Shown in pieces: positions 27,841 through 37,773 of a stretch of 64,000 nt of DNA. How positions within the stretch are numbered: position 1 is the stretch's first letter; every line of letters starts with the position of its first letter. Origin of the DNA: Amphiscolops sp. MND2022 (lineage: Eukaryota). Under the pieces are notes generated by a model. It saw nothing but the letters and a program-made list of their open reading frames with translations. It had not been told where the DNA came from and ran no database searches. Made by a program: the position numbers and the translations under genes. The stretch lies in contig OZ076409.1 in assembly GCA_964187785.1 (NCBI GenBank), positions 8,372,001 to 8,436,000 on the forward strand, given 5' to 3'.

Positions 27841-28140
27841 ATGACAAACCCAAATTCTCGACGTTTTCAACATTTGTTACATAACAAACCCGCCAAAGTT
27901 AATCACAACCTGAAATCTTTTCAGACAAATTTCACGCTCGATGGAAAAATTTTCTCTTCTCAACGATATTATTTCAATGACTCTTTGACCTTTAACTCGT
28001 ATGATGTTTGCTCACGTTTGTTCAATGCGAAGTTTTTTCAAAAACTTCAACAGAAGCATAAAATTGAGCATCTACCAGTTCAAAAACAAGCCGACGAAAG
28101 CATAGTGAAAAAGAACACTTTGACGCTTTTTGAACTGTAG
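27841..28140 (+). CDS. Third small accessory ORF (~99 aa)
   Basis: First ATG in ORF 27646..28140 (MTNPNSRRFQ...), shortly before the 3' LTR. Confidence 0.35.
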   Translation: MTNPNSRRFQHLLHNKPAKVNHNLKSFQTNFTLDGKIFSSQRYYFNDSLTFNSYDVCSRLFNAKFFQKLQQKHKIEHLPVQKQADESIVKKNTLTLFEL

Positions 28141-28352
28141 TCGCACCTACGAGGTGTCAATCAAAATTTTGACAATTCGAGGTACACCAATGAGTCGAAC
28201 TTACACCACTCTTAACGAGACTTATGCCAATCATCCATCTAATGAAAAATGTTAACTAGCTGAAACGCTAAGAACATTTAAACAAAAATATTTCTTCATT
28301 TCAATTAATGATGCTACTTTAAAATTTTATTTTATTTAAAAACCGGGATGGA

Positions 28353-28621
28353 TGTACTGACCTACATTAATAACCAATAGTATTTAGATGTTTATTGAAT
28401 GTTCTAGAATGTACATTTATTTGTTATTGAATGATTGTAAATCTCTACTCCCTCAGAGAGAGAAAAATAATAATCAGTATTCAGTTGACTTCCTTTTTGT
28501 TCTACTTCTAACACCTCGAACTAGTTGTAATAAAGTAAGCTAGCTAGCCTGTCTCCCAGCCGCTTTTAGTAGTTGTGTATAAGACCAACCAAAGAAGTAA
28601 CCAACCATTAAAAGCAGCACA
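28353..28621 (+). repeat. 3' LTR of the giant element
   Basis: Direct repeat of 11647-11915, preceded by an imperfect purine tract aaaaaccgggatgga. Confidence 0.95.
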
Positions 28622-29243
28622 CTTTCATGCTCGATGAGACTACTGGCGTTAGTGATTTCAGGAGTTTCTCTGAAAAGTGGACCGATCAGTGTGAGGTCTT
28701 TGTCTCGAGAAAAAAAGGTCACTGTAATAAGCATCCTGTATTCTCGGCTCTGTGAGGTCTTCTAACTGCGTCATTTTAATGGCTTTTTATCTTTAGCATC
28801 TTTATATGCCTCTGCAGTAGTCTTGATAGATATATACAAAATTTGATCTCACAACGACTATATGAAAACCTGGCCATTACGTTCGTCCTCAACGATTTCG
28901 TATGTGTCTGTTTTCATTTTTCCTATGTTCATTGCGCGTTTTGAATGCTCTACAAATCATCAAAGTTTCGATCACAGAATTTTTGGCCAACCTATTGATC
29001 TTGCTTTGAAAAAAAATGATGTTTCATGAATAATTTCCTGTCAAAGTCGAAGGTCCTTGAGTTGTCGGAAAAAGTTAGTTGCGCCTATGAGTGCCTATGA
29101 TTTCAGGGAAAAATGCCCGACTACAGCAGTGACCTTTTTTTCTTGTTTTTCTTCAGACTACAATCCTCACACTGATCGGTCCACTTTTTAGAAACAATCC
29201 TGAAACAACCTAAGGCCAAGAAAAACTTAGTCCAAAGGGGCCC

Positions 29244-30994
29244 TGTCGCAGGCTGCCGCCTGTGATGGCACATTGATAACAACAACGGCGACCAACCAAG
29301 GAACAGTACCCGGAACTTTGCCTACATTTTGAGCAAGTACGCTTTGAACTTTGAAAACTCACAATTAATAATAGTACGTATTTTCAAACCGTTACATTTT
29401 TCAATACGTTGCAGTGTATAATAGTCTGTTAATAATACGATTTGGAATTAGCCAAATCAGTTCGTTGATATAAATTGGTGAGAAGCGAAATTGAATTGAT
29501 GCAGTAGCAAACAATAAGCAAGTTAATCGCGAGAAGGAAACGTGTTCGAGTGCGGAAACGTCCATTCTCGGTGACGTAACTTGCTGTGCATTTGTCAACC
29601 AATCATATAGCTTCCTTTGTTCTATGAGTGCTTTTATTTTATAATGGCCGCATAAGGCCTTTTGACTTGATGGAGCTTATGTTCTTTAGCACTTCGGTCA
29701 AATGGCGGGTTTTGGCCAATTCATGCGTTATAGTATTTTGTTGATTAATTAAGCTGGTTTTTACTCGGAGCTAGTTAATTCATGATTATAAGCTAAGTAG
29801 AAGCGTTTGTAATGTTATGATGCTCAAATGACCCCGACCTTAATATAATGGACAATTACGGCCATTTTACCGTGACCCTTTAATGTGCTGTTTATTTCAT
29901 GACGTTGGGCCCATTCCTGCCTCGACATGGAAATGTATCCATGCACATATTTGAGCTGTATTAAAATCATACATGTAACAATACATTCCATTCTCGGTGT
30001 AACCAGCAGTAAACTTGTGTCGGCACGTGCCTTCACTTCACTCCGATGTAAAGACTGCAAGCGGAGGTATTTGTTGACGCTTTGATATAGTTGCCCTAGT
30101 CGGTAATTTGTTTGATGCTGCTGTTTTGATCAAATGATTTTTAGATGCCAATCCTTAAATGTCCCCAATAATTGCAAGTGTCGGGACATTTTCCCTAAGA
30201 AGTAGTAAATCATATGATTCCGTTTTTCTTAACTAGTCATGCAAAAACGTGATTGTCATTCCCCAAACAGTATAAATAGTACTACCCTGTTGGGGAATTC
30301 ATTAATTCGATTGACCCTGTACTAGTAAAGATACTTAATTACTCAATACAGATATTCTGTCAGCTTTCCGGTTTAGATAATTAAAATATTCAACCCGGTT
30401 TTGTCTTGATGCCTACAACCAGAAAACAAAAGAAGGCAAGAAAGTCGAGAGGACTTGAAATGCTATCTGATATCGAGAACTTAGACATCATGATAGGTGA
30501 GAACCACTTTAGTACGAGGGAAAGGGAAGGCAGTTTAAATAGTAACTTGCCTAGGTGATCTAGAAGCTTCGCAAGCAATGAATCTGAAAATGAGGACGGG
30601 AACATGTATAGAAATCAGAGAAATATTAATTCAAGGACAAATAGCGATTGTGACCGCAATTCAGTTACAGGCAATTCTAGTGCTGAGATAAATAGGTTGT
30701 CAAGTGAACTAAATTCCCGCATTTCACGATAAATGGACGAAATGATGAATTCCGTGAGTGTTCAGATACAGAGGGCCATAAGTGACGCAATAAGTACTCA
30801 GGTGCTTCCTCAAATCCAAAACGTTATTATGGCCGGTTCGGGACACGGGACCAAGAAAGGATGGGCCGTTCCGTCCGAGAGACCGGAACCAATTTCCGAA
30901 GTTCAGCGAAATCTAAACGCAAAAAGCAACTTGAGAAATGAACAAGATGATAATCAGTTAAATAATGATTTTCCTGAGCTAAATGTTCATGACA
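29244..30994 (+). mobile_element. Solo LTR (1751 bp) of a gypsy family related to the element at 58993
   Basis: TGTC...GACA termini; perfect 5-bp TSD GGCCC (29239-29243 / 30995-30999); 5' end tgtcgcaggctgccgcctg nearly identical to that at 58993. Confidence 0.85.
30409..30994 (+). pseudogene. Gag N-terminus encoded inside the solo LTR (stops at 30556 and 30730)
   Basis: MPTTRKQKKARKSRGLEMLSDIENLDIMIG...MDEMMNSVSVQIQRAISDAIS is homologous to the ORF at 60194. Confidence 0.85.
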
Positions 30995-31288
30995 GGCCCC
31001 TTTCATTTTTTACTTTCTCAAGGAAAGTTACAAAGCCGGACGTCCCTAAAGGGTCCCCCCTTGGATTTTTTTCGGTACTATGCGGCGTTTTCGAAAGAAA
31101 AAAATTAAAAAAATTTCAAGTGTTTCAACAAAAATTTTTTTGACTTCAGACGGTCTCGTCTTGTTCAATCCGGTCAAAGTGACAATTTCGTGCCAGATGC
31201 CAAAATCAGCACCGAATGCCCAAATCTTTCAAATGCTCCTTCCTTTCGTTTTTAACTTAATTGGAATTCAAGGTAATTGAGGGTTCAC

Positions 31289-31333
31289 TTTTAGGACTAT
31301 AACTTTTAGGACTATAACTTTTAGGACTATAAC
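31289..31333. repeat. 15-bp tandem repeat x3 (ttttaggactataac)
   Basis: Direct reading. Confidence 0.85.
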
Positions 31334-32744
31334 TGTTCTGGAATAATTTGAAATTTTACAAAAGTGTCCACTCACTTGTTTGGGTTTCTTGGCACTAACC
31401 GATTGGTTTTCGAAAAATGTTCGTTCACCAAAGTGGTTCGCTGACAATAGTTTTTCGGCACTTAATTTCTTTTTTCAAGCCGAAAGCGATTCCTTCTAGT
31501 GTTTTCCAATCTATGAAATTGAGTATTTCTCAAAAATAGTTCTTTAAAATTTTGAAGTACATTTTTAGTGCAAAGGGTCCCCCTTTCATTTTTTACTTTC
31601 TAGCCTTAAAGGGGAGCCGACTTATGTCGTTTCAGGCTTGTGTTCTCCTACTGTGATATATTCTGCTGTTCACTATTATCAAGCTCTCCAAAAAACTTTA
31701 CAAACAAGGACAATAGTCGCGGTTTGACTGTTTTTGAACTAATCATCCTTTTTAAAATACCAGAAACCTTTCAGTATTTTTTCAACTTCCAGATTTTCAG
31801 TTTCTTGGTTGTTTGTACTATCTTCTGCTCTTACTTTACCCTTCCTTTAACCTCCATAAAAACATTTCGTTCCACATTGTGTATATTGAATACTTTCAAT
31901 ATCAAATAAAGTAGATATACCCATTCCTTTCCGGCGGTGGCCAGTTTCAGTCGTCAGGCTCATTAAAGCCGAAAGTTTCGTAATCAAAGTCAGGCATGTC
32001 GTCAAGTTTCGGGAAACTTTCGCAATTGCCGTCCCCCAAAGCTGCATCCCCTATTTCGTCCGCATCCAAATCCCAAAAAAGCATGCAATCTGTACATAAC
32101 TGGAGAGTGTTCTCAACTGCTTGGGCTAAACTGGAGCATACGTTTGAAGCAAACCCCACTAAGTCAATCATGTCAGAGGGAAGACACTGAAGCAGTGAAC
32201 TTTGCAGTGAGATTTGCAATGCTTTCGTATTGATATAAAACTTGAGTTGCGTACTGTCCCAAAAGTTTCTCTCAATACCCATAAATTTTGTAATTTTGGT
32301 CTGGGTTTTATGATGTAAAACACGACTATTTTGGTTTGTTTTTCGTGTAATTTTATTTCATCCCAGTTTAAGTGACCATGCAAGATTTACAAAAAGGTCA
32401 ATTTTCTGCCTAGGATTTAAAGAGCACATAAAGAGTTCAAAAGGTCCGCATTTTTGAATCCCAATTCACAAATGGGCAATCCTTGCGTTTTTTGGATACT
32501 TTCAGCTAGGGAAGATTTTTTTGCCACTGTGTGACTCTTTTTCTAAAAACCAGTTACTAAACGAGTTTTTAAATCTTTCAGAGCCTTCAGAAAGCCGCTA
32601 ATTTTTGCCATTTCCGGATTTTTATTTTACACAATTGGACCCGAGATTTACTTCTCTATTGAAAATTTTGTTTGCCATGCTTCCAACTTTCGACGCTTGT
32701 TTTGACAATTAGGAACAAAAATAACATTTGAATAAGACGCCCGC

Positions 32745-32850
32745 TAAGCGCCGGGATATTTTTTGCGAAAAATGTAACGCATCAGCACGGGTTCGAACCC
32801 ACGACCTCGTGTCTGCCATGTAGACGCACTACCAACTCCACCATGGTGAC
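32745..32850 (-). mobile_element. tRNA-derived SINE-like head
   Basis: Minus strand tggtggagttgg (A box-like) ... ggttcgaaccc (B box); no complete cloverleaf seen. Confidence 0.55.
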
Positions 32851-33114
32851 TAGAATTTACTAAATGGAGTAATAAAGTGGAGATTTGGCAGAATTTGATA
32901 AAAACGCAAAACAGATTATGATTTTGCTCCCCCATTATGAGTGGGAGGAAAATAATAAAAGGCTGCTTCTATGCTTCGAAACGGGAATACAGCCTAAAAT
33001 TTCAGAGTTGATCGAGCAAGATAAATTAGCGAAGTGACGGTCTCATACTTTCCGGTACATCGCGGATATATATACTCACCGTCTAAAGTTCTGTCCTTAT
33101 TGAAATTTAGTTGA

Positions 33115-34129
33115 AACCAGCCGGGAACGGCCCAAGTCGGCGCCCGCTAAGGTTTTAAAAATTTAATGTTTTTTAAATATGCAAAAGGACACAATGGTTA
33201 AAATTTCATACCCTAAAGGATATTAATACTGACAGAAATACCCAAAAGGATACGCATAGAACTTGGAAATCACCGTTTCTTCAACTGGAAACCCCCATTT
33301 TGCTTAACCGAAAACCTCTCTAAATACGGAAAGTTGAGAAACAAGTTTTTGAATTGTTTTCAAAATTGTCTCCAGTAATTCGCATAGTGCCGAAAGTATG
33401 GGACACTTTGGGGTTTTTAAACATCCATTCTGTTGTCAAATATCAAAAAATTGAACTGGGGACCATTAAAAATTTTCCGAAAAAAGTCTAACGAAGCTGA
33501 AAAAAGGAGGGAAAGTCTTATAGTGCCAAATAAAATAGAGAGGGGACCCTTCTGCTTTGGAATGGTTTTGTACTTGGAATAGAAAGGGGAGCATGGCGTA
33601 GTGGTTGGGGAGCATGGCGTAGTGGTTAGAGCATTCGGCCTGTACTGGGGCGGTATCAAGTTCGAATCTCTCTCAACTCACCATTGTTGGTCCTTAAGCA
33701 AGTCCTTCATCCCTAGCTTAGTGGGATGGTCAATGACAAAGAATAACGCTTTTGGCGGCAAAACAAAAAGAGCAACGGTGAGCAGTCAGACCTTTGTGAC
33801 CTTGAGCAAGTTACTTTGAAACCACAGCTTCAAGTCCATCATTACTTGAAAACTTGGCTGCAAATATGGTACCATAGTTTGCTATGGGGAGATAGTATCC
33901 GAAAGGGCGCCGACTTAGAAAAGCAGAACTGCTTATTCGGCGTCCACCCCGCGGTAATGGGGAAATTAACTTCTCTTCTCTCTCTCTTTCTCTACTTCTT
34001 GTAAGAGGCTTTGGATGCGTTCAAGTACTTATGCTAAAAGTGCATAATGCACAATAAATTGACCGATCACATTGAACTGACGAAAAACTAGCCACTGTAG
34101 GAGTTTCTTTGAAAATGCCTACTAAAAAA
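33115..34129 (-). mobile_element. Diverged HINE copy containing a SINE insertion
   Basis: aaccagccgggaacggcccaagtcggcgcc at the left end; ctagccactgtag...gcctactaaaaa at the right end. Confidence 0.55.
33586..34000 (+). mobile_element. tRNA-derived SINE with CORE-like motif
   Basis: A box tggcgtagtgg (21-bp head duplicated), B box gttcgaatc, tgtgaccttgagcaagttactt (33795-33816), CT-rich tail. Confidence 0.7.
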
Positions 34130-35745
34130 GGAAGTGTATAACTTTTTCTGGAGAAAAAGCGTGGAAAATGAAAACTGTGAACGAAATTTACTACTGCAGA
34201 AAGAAATTTTTCACGCTATTATCCTCAACGATTTGCTGTAATGTTGATAGAAATGTTTCACAGCAACAGAATTTTAACCTTTTCTGCAGTTTTCTCAAAG
34301 TTCTCGAAACAGTACTTGTTTGCAGAAAATTCAACGAATACTATTTGGAGTCACCATACCGCACTTCAAATCATAGGACAAGGAAGAAAATCAAGTGTTC
34401 TTTGTTTCTTTTTTGAGGAAATTTTGAGTACAAACGTTGTAGATTAAATTCAAAGCTACAGTCTGAAGTTAAAAGTTTTCTCAATCTGAAAATTTTTGCA
34501 TTAGCAAAACGAAACGTCTCAATATTGTCGGAATTGGTCAAATACGAGTTTCCAAAACTTCACTGCTTTCATACGAAAACAACTTTTCAAACTATTTTGG
34601 GTAGGTAGGCACCACACGTACATACGAAATTCCAAATTTCAGTTTCTATGAAACATTTCGAAGCCGTTGAACGTATTCAGCAAAGCTAGAGCGTTTTTCT
34701 TCAAGTATAATTTAATTTTCGCTGCTGTCCTGTACAGGTTTGGCAAAACGTGACTTGACAGTAATGCAGAATTGACGAGGAATGAACAAAATCAGATAGT
34801 GGAAGAAGTCAACAGAGACGTTTGAAATTTTAGCGTTTTCCTAATGAACGACGTGAACTGTTCTCAGCACCCCGGAATGGGTTGCGTCGCCTCGGTCTAA
34901 CGGAAACAAACGGGAGAAGAAGTGTGACATCAGCAAGATTTTGAAATATTTAGGATGAGTTGGACTAGAGACAGAATATCAGAGAGCAGCGACGCAGTAC
35001 CCATATGAATTCCAGGCAAGGGCAGCGAGAAGAAGCAGGGGTGACATCAAGCGAAGTGTTAGCAGGAAGCGATGAAACAGACACCCCTGCTAAACAAATT
35101 TTTAAAACAGCAAAAAAACTCCAAGATCGTGATTAGTTTCTTCGAAAAAATTTGGGGAAATGCAATTATTTTAAGTCTTGGAGGTCTCGCGATATCGATG
35201 AAACGCTCGTTGATGGGTGAGCTCATTGATGTATGAATATTCGCGGAAAAAAAACTCTGAGAAACTCTAGTCCAGGAACAATAATTATTTTGGCATCCAA
35301 CAAATTGCGTTCTTGTTGCTCCAATGAGGAATACAATGCAGGGAAGTGTATTAAGAGTTGGATTAGCCAGATTAAGGTTAGGAAGATGCTACCATTACCA
35401 TCTCGAGGTTTTGGATGAACGTAAGACGTTTGGGAGCCTTCACATTCCAAAACCTCTCACTGAGCTCGCTGCTTCATTCTTCAGTTTGATGTGGAAATAA
35501 TTTATTCCACGATGCTACAGATCATTCTTTGACGCTTAAACCCGAGATTTCCGCTGGTTGTTTCCTCAACAGCAGACCTTGTGGTTTGAATAGATTCCCC
35601 GTAGTTAGGTTGCTTTGTGAGTGCTTTCTTCGCTTTCGGCCAAAACCTTTTAAAACCTATTCACCGTATACTGAAATTAGAATTGTTGTTACTCGCAGGA
35701 AAATGCTTCCCATTAATTGTTGGGAGAGTGGGGTAGCGGTGAATG

Positions 35746-36229
35746 TTTTTAGTCGGCGCTTTTATAAATAAAAGAGCCCGACTATTACAGTCACTCGTTT
35801 TTTTCTTTTTTTTTTATTTAAGACAGACTCGAAGCGACGAACGTTAACGTTCAATTAAAGGAAACTAAATACCAGACAAACGCATGTAAATTATTGCAAA
35901 GGATCCCCTTAGGTTTTTTACTTTTCAAACGTTACCTACAAGCCCGGACGGGACTAAAGGGTCCCCCCTTTCAATTTTTTTTGGCACTGTGCAACTTTTT
36001 TTCGAAATTTTTTTAATGTCCCAAGGGGTCCCCCCTTTGAGTTTTTTGTTATTTTGCTACAGAATGCGTGTTTATAAATCAAAAAGGGCCCCCTTTTACA
36101 TTTTTCGGCACTGTGCGACATTTTCCGAAAGAAAAATTTTTCAAAAATTTCATGTTTTTTCCCCAAAAAAATGTTTTGCGCTTTTTGAGCCTTAGATATA
36201 GCGCCGACTTGAGACGTTCCCGTCTTGTT
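35746..36229 (+). mobile_element. HINE copy
   Basis: ttttt-agtcggcgct...agcgccgact-tg-agacgttcccgtct-tgtt; close inverted relative of 53660-54147. Confidence 0.75.
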
Positions 36230-36239
36230 CCTAATTGCA

Positions 36240-37232
36240 AATAAAATTCTGCAAAATCAGAGTTTTTACTCGCGTTATTTTGATCTTCGTCTCCTTCAAC
36301 TGCAATGTTGAAATATTGGGTAGCTGGGGTCGATTGGTGGTGCAATAGTGCGTGGTGCTTGAAACTGCATTGGCGACAGGATGATCTTCAAAACTTTTGT
36401 TGTCCATGGGCTGTTTTCAAGCAATTATGACACATTTTCGAGCTTCATCGATTCGACGCAATTTGCTATATTGACTGCTTTACTTCTCGGTCAAAAATGA
36501 AATTTGTGATACCATTGCAATTGAGTTGTTGGTATAAAGGCTTCGTTGTTCTAAATGTTGCAGGTAACTTTTGATGGGTAGTGAAACAGAGTTGTTGTGA
36601 AGTGATTATCGTTGAGAGGGTAGCTGGTTACAGAGCTTGGTATCTCACTTTGAAAACCTTCTTGAAATCGTCGTAGTTCTTTGGTTCTGTTAAAGGAGTA
36701 GAGGGTTAACAAGGTTTACTGGTACGACAGGATGATTTTCATTGATCATATTAACCACGCTAACGTCTTGTTCAGTGCGTGCTTGTTTCAAGTTTTCCAG
36801 GGCGAGCAAGTGTTGTTCTACGCTTTGCAAAGTTTGACCGAAGTTTTTTTCATATTTCTTGTGCGAGTGATTTTCTGTACAAAAATAGTGTGTTCATGGA
36901 CTCGCAATTATGTCGCAAAAGTGATCGTTGAAGATGTCCAACGTTTTGCATCATCGCCTTCTCAAATACTGCAATCTTTGGCAGTCAACTAGTTTTGAAA
37001 TGTAGTGATTGACTCCTCCGAAGAGAACGAATATGGATATTTGCGGTTATCTTCCGAAAATGCCAGTATATCTAGTTAGCGAAGTTTAGCCGAGAGATAG
37101 TTCGCTTCTTCAACAAGAAGAGGTTGTTGGGTTACTTTGGATGAACCGAACTATTCCGTCTCGTTGTTTGACCTGCTTCTCGTCTGAGTCATGCGCTAAA
37201 GTATCTTTGATTTCGTGAGAAGATGTTGAGTA
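36240..37232 (-). pseudogene. Old degraded BEL/Pao gag, target of the younger BEL insertion
   Basis: Minus-strand peptides KLR*LDILAFS, QSVEQHLLALENL, CHNCLKTAH and CRQCSFKHHALLH parallel the gag at 37772. Confidence 0.7.
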
Positions 37233-37237
37233 GTTGC

Positions 37238-37754
37238 TGTTGGCGCATGACATCACAATGATCGCGCAGTAATTATTAATCCACTTAGCACAGTGTATCA
37301 GTCTTTGCTTTTGAACTGGCCTGCGCGAGTTCGAATCTGCGCCAGTGCTCTTTTTTGTTCCTTTAATCCTCTGACTTAATATTGGCCTCAATATCGATCA
37401 ATCATTTTGGTTGACATTATTAATCTTGCTCATGTTATGTATTATATTAACAACCCATTGCTCACTATTGTAAACGCATATGTAAACAACCCGTTATGGA
37501 TCTTTTTGTTGCCTTGAACTGTAAGTGTGCCATTATTTATTCAACAACCTGTTATTGACCTGTCATCTAACTCTCACTTCTTGAGATCAATTTCATTCAT
37601 TCATACTATCAATAAACATTCTCAAACATAGATCTCTTGTCTTGAGTCAAGACCCAAATCACAACAGTTTGAACTCTATCTTTGAGTTCCTTCAATCCTT
37701 TTAGTTTGAACTCTTTCTTGAGTTCCCTCGTTCTAGCTTGAGAGCTAGAAAACA
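37238..37754 (+). repeat. BEL 5' LTR
   Basis: tgttggcgc...aaaaca; about 3 substitutions plus a short terminal difference versus the 3' LTR. Confidence 0.9.
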
Positions 37755-37755
37755 T

Positions 37756-37773
37756 TGCTGACCTCGACGTGAT
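37756..37773 (+). promoter_or_regulatory. PBS, tRNA-Trp type
   Basis: tgctgacctcgacgtgat matches TGGTGACCCCGACGTGAT (complement of the metazoan tRNA-Trp 3' end, from memory) at 16/18. Confidence 0.75.

Larger units (their letters stand above)
11647..28621 (+). mobile_element. Giant (~17 kb) env-bearing Ty3/gypsy LTR retroelement, retrovirus-like, disabled copy
   Basis: Two 269-bp TG...CA LTRs; PBS-like TGG; gag, PR-RT-RH-INT order, env-like ORF and extra ORFs all on +. Flanks ATTT / CTTT may be a 4-bp TSD with one mismatch. Confidence 0.95.
29100..31165 (+). mobile_element. HINE copy split by the solo LTR
   Basis: gaaaaatgcccgact...cacactgatcggtccac on the left; resumes at 31000 and ends gacttcagacggtctcgtcttgtt. 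Confidence 0.6.

Noticed and set aside
32745..33680. tRNA genes at 32745-32850 and 33586-33680
   Set aside because: A/B boxes present but no complete acceptor or anticodon stems; better explained as SINE heads.
37110..37391. Duplicated small ORFs 37110..37391 and 43331..43528
   Set aside because: Antisense translation of the two BEL LTRs.
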